Below, in pieces: positions 52,990-64,000 of a DNA stretch of 64,000 nucleotides. Position numbers and translations under genes: made by a program. The DNA comes from Eledone cirrhosa (Eukaryota). How positions within the stretch are numbered: the stretch's first letter is position 1; the number at the start of each line of letters is the position of its first letter. The stretch lies in assembly GCA_964016885.1 (NCBI GenBank), contig OZ024740.1:54374001-54438000 (forward strand). The letters run 5' to 3'. The notes under the pieces are model-generated. The model ran no database searches. It was not told the origin of the DNA and saw only the letters and a list, made by a program, of their open reading frames with translations.

Positions 52990-53620
52990 CTTCACGGTGT
53001 TTTTGTTACACATATATGGTACAGTTGTGGTGGAAAATGCTGCTGGATTATTCTCAACAAACTGGTGAGAGTTGTTGCTACTTCGACTTTGAAGTGCGGG
53101 CTATAAATTATGAAGCAATGCTTCCGGTTCCTTCAGGGGTTGGTTGCTTTTTGGAGATCCAACCAATTCAATCTCTTGTGGAAATCCACTTCAAATGAGA
53201 GCATCATTTTAGTATGGTACATCCTCTCTGAAAATTTGCTCATTTTACATAAAACCGACATATATGGTTGGCTACATATTTTGGTATGTTTTAGTGATCG
53301 AGCATCGCCGGTTGGCGTTTTTATTAATATAAAATACAATCTCATTTGGGTTCTTGTAGGGGAAGTATAATACATATTCGAGGTTCAGAATAACGTAATT
53401 GAGATATGGTATTTTAAAGAAACAAGGGTTAATAAAAAAAGAAAGAAGAAAGAATTGGAAAAGGCCTGAAGGCCCATAAAGCAGGGTTTTACCTGGGTTT
53501 CTATGCTCATACGAAGGTAGTACAGACAATCAATAATCTGGCTGACGCTAATCAAGGTGTTTGTGTACCCTATCACATTTTGATGTATCCTGAAATGAAT
53601 GTACATATTTTGAGCGCTCA
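52990..53620 (-). mobile_element. Naiad-like Penelope internal fragment, decayed
   Basis: Minus strand reads LNYVILNLEYVLYFPYKNPNEIVFYINKNAN and RNRKHCFIIYSPHFKVEVAT...IIQQHFPP, paralleling YPYRKPNDTLNYISKHSNHP and NPPYNMEVATP...KHFP of the 21088 element. Confidence 0.7.
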
Positions 53621-55213
53621 TGGTAATAGTTAATTCAGATATATATTAATTACTGTGCTAATCAGCCGAAGCATGTTACGAAATTATAATTGCATATAGA
53701 AGAGATATAACCTGGACTGCGTAATTTATATATTTCAATATATAACCATGTTATCGTATCAAATACACATTTCCATGTAAACTGAAAAAACAACAACAAA
53801 ACATCAACAAAAAATAGCTGTAAGACATAACAAAGTCGTGTGTGTCATCATTTGATAGCTATTACAGGGAATTAAATCTTATAAATTGTAAACTCTTATA
53901 AATTGTAAACTCTTATAATTTGCTAGGTTGAATCTGACTAGTTTTAGTATAGAAGGATTTCCTGTCATGACTATCCATAGTTTAAATATCTGGAACTACA
54001 GTTCAGCCTTATGTGTTCTCTACGTATCTTTATTTAAAACGGTACGGTATGTATTGTGGGATTTGTAGCTGCTACCTTCTAGTAGGTAGAACGACCTCAC
54101 TTCTGTATATTATTTTTAGTAATCTAGTGCATTATTTACCATGTAAGTATTTGGTTTTACCCGTCACTGTTGTATATTAATCAGTTTTCTATTATTCTAT
54201 TCATAATATTTTTTTTATTGCTTTCTAGTTTTGCATAAACTGTAGTTATTATAATTGCTATTGGACGATGCATAATATATCGCTAAAAAGATATATCAGC
54301 CCACTAATTCCAACAAGGAAGTGGCTAAATAGCCATTAAAATATTGCTTCTTGTTTAATTCCTAGCATTCTAACCACAACTAATTTCTTCGCATCACTCA
54401 TAAATAATTTATATAATTTAGAACCCTCCTGTCAACAGTGGTTTGGTAATTCCTCCTTTATTTAAGTTCCACCCGATAATCCTCTTCACATTTCTTCATT
54501 ATACCATTATAAAACATTTTTTTAAATTCTCAGCAGCACTCCTGGTGATAGTAGTACCTCGATAAAAACAAATTGATATTTGATCAGCCTTGAAGTCATT
54601 AACGCGTAGTGACTGCACCACAAAATAATGGCGCTAATAAAATTGAAACTTCTAGCAAAGATTTATCTCTTAGCAAGTGTCCTACTGTGAAGAAACAGCG
54701 AGGGCGTGAACGTAATCCAGCGACTGATCCGAGGATTAGACGATAATGGTTTCAAGACGATAATAGGATTGCTTTGGAGTGCCAATTTACATGTTCCTCG
54801 GGAAAATATGAATGATGGTAAAAGAATGCACTCCACATGGATTAATAAGAAATATTTTTGTTTTCATTTAAGAAAATATAAATATGCAGCTAAAAAAATT
54901 ATGTTTAAGAGAAAATGTTTGATTTTCTCTGAAGGAAGATAATGAATGGAACGAAAAATACAATGTTATTGTTTCGCCATAAATCCGTCCCGATCAAGCA
55001 GGTCCACAATTAAAGACATTTCAGTCGTTACCATCCTATTTATTTTATTCATTTTCCAATGTACCCTTTGTATTTTTAAGATTGCGATTTAAGCGAGAAG
55101 CAGATCCTATTTATAGTAGCTGAAGTGAGAATAAGGAGTGTTCCTTGTTGGCATGTAAATATTACATTACTATGAAGTATTATCACAGGTAGGAAAATAT
55201 TTAGAATCACATA

Positions 55214-56041
55214 TCTATATATATATAAAAGTCTTTGTCTCTCTTCCTGTCTTATGCATTCCCAAACGGCTCGACCAAATCAAATAAGATTTTACAAGGT
55301 AATAGTATTAAATCCCGGGATTGGCAACATATAATTGATATTGTCATTTGGATTAAAACAATAAAACACTTTTGCTAAAATCGTCCACTATTTTCATGAC
55401 ACGACGACGACGTCACATTTTGTATATAAGTGTGTATGTGTCTGTGAGTGTATGTGTGTGATTGCGCGTTCGTCATGTACGTTACGCCTTAGTAAGTTAT
55501 ATTCACAAACATATAAACTATTGGAACTTCCATCATCCTTTTGAGAATCATGTGCAAACCACGTCTTTGCCATGACTCACACTTTACTCCTAGAGGTCAC
55601 TATTCTTGGAGAAAATCATCAAGAAGAAAATGCATTTATTATCAAGATTCCTGTCATCCTTTGCTCTAGCGTGTTGCCATTCAAATTCTCAAGACTTCAG
55701 TTACCTGTTGGAGCCAGTTTTGCTATGACCGTACATAAAGCTCAGGAGTTTCAAAGTTGTAGAATTGAATACAAGAGAATCGCTTTTTACCCATGGACAG
55801 TCATATGTTGGTTGTTCGCGAGTGGAAACACCTAGACATCTTCATATATTATGCACGGACGGTAAAACGAAGAATCTTGTGTATCTGGAAGATTTTTGTA
55901 TTGTTTATTTTTTTGTAACACCTACACACACCTCGGTCTCGCCTCATACTGTAAACTAGACAAACATCCAATACAGTTATTTTCTCTTCTACTTCTCTTC
56001 TCTTATCTGATTAGCCGGGCGAAGCTGGGAACGTCTGCTAG
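55214..56041 (+). mobile_element. Non-autonomous Helitron with a PIF1-helicase C-terminal remnant
   Basis: 5' A|TC start, and a 3' GC-rich segment then CTAG|T end. Translations LPFKFSRLQLPVGASFAMTVHKAQ and FTHGQSYVGCSRV. Confidence 0.85.
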
Positions 56042-56384
56042 TGTTACATACAATTTGATAGACACAAATGACAAAATAAGTTGGCCATAACTTTTAATTA
56101 TGAATATTCACTAAATTGATCAATGTATTTACCGGTTTATTGAATAGCGGCATCTATTTGTAGAATCATGGTGACCCAGTTTAAAAGAAGGCTCTTCTAA
56201 TTGTTTACATATATAACCTTTCAAAAATATTTCCGCATAGTTTCATAATCCATCCAATTTTACTTAAAAGCCTTCGTTAAATCACGGCTAGGGTAAAGGA
56301 CATTTGCTTAAGATGCCATGTATCGCTGTCAGATTGCGAAGCGACCTAATTAAATCTTCGGCTATGCTGCTCTAATACAAAAGA

Positions 56385-56515
56385 TTTCTAAATTTTGGCA
56401 CAAGGCCAACCAATTTATACGAGGGAAAATGTGCCTGAATCGACGCTGGAAAAATAAAAGTTAATAATGATATCGGTAGGATTTGAACTCACAACGTAAA
56501 TGGCCAGAACAAATG
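56385..56515 (-). mobile_element. SINE family A, deleted and diverged
   Basis: tttctaaattttggcacaaggcca...ggatttgaactcacaacgtaaa. Confidence 0.55.
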
Positions 56516-57135
56516 AGAACGATTCCACCAGTTTTACAAATTGACAACATATTCACATTTTCACTGATAAAAGTCGATATTGTAATTAATCTAAATCCAA
56601 ACGTGTAGCTCGGGAGGAGATGAGATGGTTGAATATTCATGCCAAAATTTCATTGATATAAGAGGGATGAAATAGCTTGATCATTTTTCAAGCACTCAAA
56701 GACCATATATTTGAACAGACAGTGAGAATGTTTAATACTCATGTTTTTGTTGTTAGCTACATTTACCGTATAACGGGCAGGCGTGACTAAAAATTATTTC
56801 CAGATTATATTATTCAATGAGTTCTTTTATTTTCTTTTGAAGGCTAGAAGGTGTGATTTCAAGGAGATTTAGTTCATAAATCTGGCTTATGTAATTGTTT
56901 TATTTCAATCCCGAGCCAAATATGATCTATGATCAAAGCATCATAGCTATGTTCAGGATCCCCTCCCCCAACATTATATGTAATGATATATATATAGTTA
57001 GTTCCACAACATTTAATAAGCCATTATGGTTTACTAGCTCTTGTGTAACTAACTTCTACTGAACTCGTCCAATCGAGTGAGTGCTCTACTTAGCACGGGT
57101 ATAACCTCCCAGTTTCTACCACTATATATATAAAT

Positions 57136-57227
<92 letters not shown>

Positions 57228-57300
57228 CTGTGTGTAGGGTGGTTTGTTGATAGGAGTGGAGTAGACACTCTACATATATGCATATCATTATATCTATCTA

Positions 57301-57401
<101 letters not shown>

Positions 57402-59612
57402 ATTAAATATATGCGTAGCATAGTTATGAGAGACCTCCGACGACATATGTTAACATTCATCGTATGCATCGACAGCATTCAACTATTACGTCATTGAGTC
57501 CCATTTAACCCGGTGGGACGTTGAGAAACGAAAGAACATCAGCTGAGAATGTTGCCATCATCTCAGTTGATATATCAGAAATCATATTTTATTTACGATT
57601 CACACAGTTAACTTATCAACTGGAACATATCTCTGCCACAATTATTATTCTAGAATGAGATAAAACAGCAATGTCGAGATGGGACAGATGAATAAATGCA
57701 TGGATTACAACGGCAATGTATAAAGTATAACTATTCATAATTGAACAATATTAAACTCATTTCAATCAACCAGATGTGTGCACAAAGAGCTATTGTCAAA
57801 TAAAATCTACTCGGAAAAATTATAGAACACAACTGAGGTCTTGAAAATGTTAAACGTCTTATATTTACTGTTAACGTTTTGGAATACAGTATATTATTTT
57901 GCATACTCAATGAATTGGCACCATACTCAATTATGTCTCAGAAACATCAAATTAATTTTTTATAATCTTACCTACATCTACAACAAAACAAGTTGGTGGA
58001 TTCCAAATGTCGCCAACCAGATCTTTTATGCCTAGCGCAGCAAACTCATTAAATATTCGGTAATAATGCAAGGAATATAATTTATAGCAATGATGTTTAA
58101 ACCATTTCTAAGTTAACTATTTTCCATGATCAGAACACAAACTATTATTTTTTAATTGGTTATTTGATGCGCTAGTGACCTCGACTGTCGAGTTAAAATA
58201 TACTATTTTAATACTATGTTTTTATCGTGGCTATCCTTCATCCTTCTGGAATCTATAACATAAAGTAAGTGGTTTTAATATATACATAATCCTTAACTGT
58301 TGTTGATGGTGTAAATCCCAAAGCTCACAATATTCGTGGGACTAGCAGTAACACCATATATTTGTAATTGTGAAAAACATTAATGATTTAGTAATCTCGC
58401 ACATTAAACCAAATAATTAACAGGATCTGTCGCGCATCCTTAATGTGCTATATATAAGTAACAAAATATTGAATGACTTTGTTATGAATTTCGGTTCATC
58501 CCATCACCCAAACACAAATACAAATAAATATCCTTTACGCATGAGACAGTAAGAAGCCTCTGAGTACTCTATCTGCTAGAATTAATAGAGATATTTTCAT
58601 AAAATCTCATCCTATTGTCTTTTAAAATCCCTGGTGCTAACATGGGGCTAAAAACGTCAGAGGCATCGATTTCAACAAGAATAATAACAGCATCAGCAGC
58701 AGTAGCATGTTTCACTCGGCTTTTGTTCTCCAGTATCCAGTAATGAATCATTTTCCACCTCAGAATTTATCTAGTATTTCTCGTTTAATTAAGCTTTCTT
58801 CTGGAAAAAATCTTAAGCCACAATATGAAATGAGTCGGAAGGGAATAATGGTCGAAGCAGGTATTTCAAGTTGTTAAATTCAAATGAGATGGAGCAGAGC
58901 AGAGTGTAAAGGTGAGGGAAGGTTGCGGCGTATAAGCGTTGTTGGATGTTATGCTTAAAAGATCATAATTGCTGTAGCTTCCGTCTTAAATGTCATATCA
59001 TAGCCTTTTGATCTTTATTCAGAAACAAACAACATTTCATCACATCACTTTGTTCATAATAGCTGCTTAGTCGAGTAATTTTACGGCAAACAATAACTTT
59101 TCATAAAGTTATAGCTTCGCACTGAATTATTATTGAACGACTTGAAGACACCTGATTACTTCTCCATTGTTCAAATTGTAGGATTGGGCAGATTTGATTT
59201 TCGGTTCATTTCCAATGACACTTTATATTCCCTTTGATATATTGTTTAAATTAGACCGACATATTTTCCGATATGCCGAGAATTTAAATGATACCAATTT
59301 AAAGAAAATGCAGAGCAGTAGTTGTATTTCATCCATCCGAATGATTTTACATGACACAGCATATGTAATAGGTTTAATAACAATGCCGATATTAACAAAG
59401 TGCCTGCATTTCATCGTTTCCTCACACTGATTTGCAATTCAATATCAAGACAATGCTTTATCGTTTCAATGTTATTATCGTTTTATCATTATTGTTATGT
59501 CTCTGTTACACATTTTTATTTTACACAAAAAAACGCACACTGTATCGTCCTGTGCAGTCTTTAATGTTTCAATAATATCAGACATGTGTGGCTAATGAAG
59601 ACATTATTATTA

Positions 59613-59796
59613 CAGTGGATTGGCAGTATTGGTAGAGCGTCGGACACCATTCTTTTCAGCAAAGAGTTGCAGCCCTTTATGGTCTGAGTTCAAATCCCGC
59701 CGAGGTTAACTTTGCCTTTCATCCTTACGGGGTCGATAAAATAAAGTACCAGTAATATACTGAGTAGTTGCTGGCCTTGTGCCAAAAGTAGAAACA

Positions 59797-59835
<39 letters not shown>
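59613..59835 (+). mobile_element. tRNA-derived SINE, family A, with a long (ATT)n tail
   Basis: gtggattggcagtattggtagagcg...gagttcaaatcccgcc...ctggccttgtgccaaaagtagaaaca(att)n. Confidence 0.88.
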
Positions 59836-59837
<2 letters not shown>

Positions 59838-62800
59838 AAGCCGCATTGTTTTGCTTGTGGGGCAAAAAGCCATTTGCGAGCCTTCTGCCCTGAACTGCTG
59901 AAAGATGCAAGGGGTCGAAGGGCTCCACTGCATGACGACGCCGGGGCGAGGACCACAACCAACACCAGCACCGGCAAAACCACCAACAACAACACCAATA
60001 GAAAGACCACCACCAATATTGATCACCCAGGGGGGAAACGAGGAAAGTTGTCAAATTCTCCCTCCCTCCCAAAATACACACATCAATAAAAACATAAACA
60101 CACATACAGACACACTTACAGATACATACCCCTCATCTACATGTAGTGAAGATGAGGGAAAACCAAAATCCCCCAAAATACAAAAAAGGAAACACAAAAT
60201 GGAAAAAAAAAAATCAACAAAGCACAAAATCACCCACAATAAAAAAACTGCAGACACCACCCACGCACAAACATCTCTCCAATAACACCAACATCAACAC
60301 CACCCTCACCATCACCAGAATCCCCCAAACGCAAACAACCTAAACAGCCGCAAGAACAAATATACACACAAACATCTGAAACCACAGACACCGCACTCAC
60401 AACAAACACATACACAACTGAAACAACACCACCAAAACCATCACCACCACAGCCACGCAAATAAATAAAATCACACCAACAAAACATACAAAACTTCGTG
60501 CTCGTCAGGAGGGCCAACAAGGAACTGGGGGCCCTCGTAGCACGAAGTGAAAATATACCAAAAGAGGGGGACATTTTAAAATCGAGCACATTTCGCGTGC
60601 CGGAAGATTTGGTTCTGGTGCGAATGTCGCTCGATTTATACAAAGAGATACGAGACAGCTTTCATCAGGACGTGGGAACCCCGATCGTAAAACCCACTTC
60701 AAGACTTTTAAAGGGGTTCCCAAAAGAAACCACATCAACTATAGCGGTCGAACCACTCGACCATCACAAGAGCCAGGAAGGTAAGTAAACCTTTCCTCTC
60801 TCTCTTTAATCTGCCAACATGGCCGTATTAAGAGTAGGAAGTTTAAATGTTCGAGGCCTGGGATCGTCCTGGAAGCAGGGTCACCTGCTCAACGACCTCA
60901 GGTCTCTAGAAATGGATGTAATTGCCGTCAGCGAGACCAGGATTTCCGATACGCGCGCACTAGCCTCCATTTTCGACGACTATCAGATCTTTGCATCTGT
61001 TAGTCGGCCGGGAATGGGAGCTGGGATGGCAGTGTTGTTTAGTAAAGGCCTGGATCTCGAGGTAAGGTTGATCTTCCGGGACCCGGAGAGGAAGTTGGTG
61101 CTCCTGAACGTGAACAATAACGAAGGTGGTGCCTTTAGACTGGTGGCCGTCTACGCCTCTACTGGGGCAGGACGGCGGAAATTCTTTAGACGCCCGGAAG
61201 CCTTTCTGGTTACGTCTCGCTCTTTACTGTTAGCGGGGGACTGGAACGGCATCTGAGACATACGCTGGGATTGTGTGGGAGTATCCGATAGGAGCGGGGG
61301 GTGCAAAAGCCTCAAGAACCTGATCAGCCAGTTCCAGCTGTCTGACAGGTACCGACTAGATTTACCTAATGCGCCAGTGTGGACCTGGACTAACCGCATA
61401 GGGTCATCTAGATCGTATATGGACAGGATATTCATTAGGAAAATAGACAGAAATAGTGTAAGCTGTCCACGTTTTAAAACGGTCGCCTATTCAGATCACA
61501 AGTTTGTGATCTGTATAGTCGACCTAGATAAGGCGCGTAGATCAGGACCTGGTTACTGGGTGCTGAACATGTCATTTCCGGCACGTAGGGCTTAAGGAAC
61601 AAGGTCAACAATTTAGTTAAGAAAAAGTTGACAGGGGGAGTCGTCAACAATAGATGGTGGGGGTGGGGGGCTCTCAAAAGAGAGATTAGAGTAATGTCGA
61701 TAGAGTTTAGCAAAGAAGTAGCGTTAGAGAAAAATACAAATGAGGGGGAGTTGATAGATAAGTTAGACGAGGCTATTTGTAGTGGCATTGCAACAAACGT
61801 GCTAGCGGCGAGAATGGCATTAGACCATTTCTTCAATGCGAAACATGAAAGTTGCATTGTCAGAGCTAAGGCTCGTGCTCTGATAAACGAGGGAACCAAA
61901 GCTGTTCGATGGGCCCGCGTGGCAAAGGCGCAGCGTGGTGATAAAACCACGATTCGGTCTTTGACGGACCTAGACGGACACGAGCTGAGCGATTCCAAGC
62001 GGATGTGTGAGGCTTTCACCAACATTTTGCTAGGTTGTTCGGGGGAAGTGGCGGATCAGAGGCGGTGGCGGACTTCAGTCCCTACCTTGATGGCTTGCCG
62101 CAACTCTCGACAGCCGACGCTGGGCGCTGCGAAAGGCCGATTACTTCAGCCGAGAATCAGGATGACCTTGTCGGCTGCATGAGGCGCTAGTCACCCGGTT
62201 GGTTTGCCCTACGAGCTTTACGTAAATATGCCAGACTTGTTCTCCAATCTCCTCGAAGCGTTCTACTGCAACTGGCTGCAGAACGGGAGCATTCCCAGTT
62301 CTGTGAGCCGGGGTGTAGAGGCGCTGATGAGGAAAGACAAGAACAAGAGGGACACATTACACAATTTCAGGCCCATAACTCTGTTCAACACAGAGTTTAA
62401 GATTTTGACCAGGGTGTTAGCGAAGAGGTTGGCGCTTGTCGTCGGGAATTTGGTTGGGGAAGCGCAAACTTGCGCAATCCCAACCAGGTCCATACACGAC
62501 AACCTCCACCTGATGCTATACATGATAGAGAGGATAGGGTGTAAACCTGGCTTCGGTGGGGCTCTGATCAATTTAGATCAATTAAAAGCATTCGATACGT
62601 CGACCATCTGTACCTGGAGGCTGTCCTCAGAAGCTGGATCATTACAATGCACAGCGGCGCCTGCTCGGTGGTCAAAATTAATGCCACCTCTCGGAACCGT
62701 TTCTGGTCTCCCGATCGGTCCGTGAAGGGTGCCCTCTCTCCTACCTTCTGTACGTATTGACTTTTGTTCCTTTACTGCGGAAGCTGGAGCTGTTGCAGGG

Positions 62801-64000
62801 CATCCCTTTCGAACCGGGACGTGGAAGGAATGTGTCTGCTTATGCGGACGACATCACCGTGATGGTGTCGGACACCCCAGACATCGAGGTGGTCGGCAAC
62901 TTATTGGAGGAATATGAAAGGTTGACGGGAGCACAACTTAACCCGGAAAAGTCGGTGGGCTTGCTTCTCGGCACCTGGAGAGGCAAGTCCATGCCGTCCA
63001 ACAGCACCGTTAGGCGCTGGACGGACGGACCGTAAGTTGCTCGGGGTTTGGTTCGAGCCAGATCTCCAGGTGGATAGGAATTGGGACGAGGTGACGAGCA
63101 TAGTAGTCAGTCTCACCCAAAAATGAGCTGCGAGGAAGCTATCACTGAAAGGTCGGGCGGAGGTGGCCAACGCGTACATTGCGTCCGTCATCTACTACCG
63201 TCTGACCCTCGTCCCTTGCCCCAGTTCACGCCTCTCGCCATCTTGTAGCGGCTCCTCTTAAAATACTTGTTGAGGGTTCAGCTTCCGTTGGTGAGGCGGT
63301 CCATCTGCTGCCAGCACCCTCTACGTGGAGGGTTGAGCATGCCATGGCTAAAGATGCGCAGACACGCGCTGAGGGTTTGGCATCTCCAGATATTCTGCCT
63401 AAACGGTGAACAGGTGTGGTCGCCGTTTATCAGACGGGCCTTTCCGCAGCTCGTTTCTTTGACTGAGCTGCAGTCCTGGGTCAAGAAGAAATCGAGACTG
63501 GGTGACTGGCATCTGGAATGTTGCCAGGCACTCACTTTCCTCTACCAGGCGGGAAATGTGGTCAGTGGAACTTCCCCTTTCGAGTTCTATAGATGATTAG
63601 TGGTGGGGAAGGGCGAAACGCACTCGGAGAGTCTCTGGGAGTCGACGGAGTCGAACTAACCAGTCTGTTCCGTAGGACTTTCGAGTCGGGGACGATGGAT
63701 AATTTCCAAAAATCCCTCGTTTGACAGTGCTACAGGGGCGCACTGCCGGTTCGAGATAAACTCTACAGGCACGGAAGTGCTGTCAGACGGATTTCTCGAG
63801 ATGCGCGCAGAGCGACGAAACCGTTCTGCACGCACCCGTCCAGTGTCCGTGCATTAGTGACTCGTGGAGTTATGTCGAACAGCTGTTGTCGCGTGTAGAA
63901 CGGATCCGGCTATCGGCCGAGTCCATAGTGAAGATTGACCCGCCGCTTTCTGTTGGCCAGGAAGGGCAGGAAATGTTCCTGTCTGGTGGCAGTAGCGAAA
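59836..64000 (+). pseudogene. Second Tx1/L1-clade LINE copy, 5'-truncated and decayed, running off the window
   Basis: Colinear with about 46565-50715. Starts at the ORF1 zinc knuckle directly after (ATT)n, and has many stops and frameshifts. Confidence 0.92.

Overview
This is AT-rich, microsatellite-saturated eukaryotic DNA. The repeat and SINE content suggests an invertebrate, probably an octopus-like cephalopod; that assignment is inference. I found no host protein-coding gene, and almost all short ORFs in the track are translations of (TA)n, (CA)n or (ATT)n. The window is a nest of retroelements. It holds one apparently intact Tx1/L1-clade LINE (ORF1 45563-47473, ORF2 47503-50922) plus a decayed second copy, and four decayed Penelope-like elements (one Neptune-like, three Naiad-like). 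It also holds R4/Dong, CRE and RTE 3' fragments, about ten copies of a tRNA-derived SINE, a Tigger-like MITE and a non-autonomous Helitron. Two things stand out. (1) Between about 4 and 44 kb there are roughly 20 type-I hammerhead ribozyme motifs: nine with intact cores, the rest decayed, plus several half-motifs. They belong to many unrelated sequence families and sit in short modules anchored on (TA)n tracts, often as fold-back palindromes or tandem repeats, including a 539-bp retrozyme-like unit. (2) The Tx1 LINE appears to target (ATT)n and shares a 3'-terminal CTTGT-loop hairpin and (ATT)n tail with the SINE, which suggests a LINE-SINE partner pair. All structures were read by eye; none was folded computationally or searched against a database.
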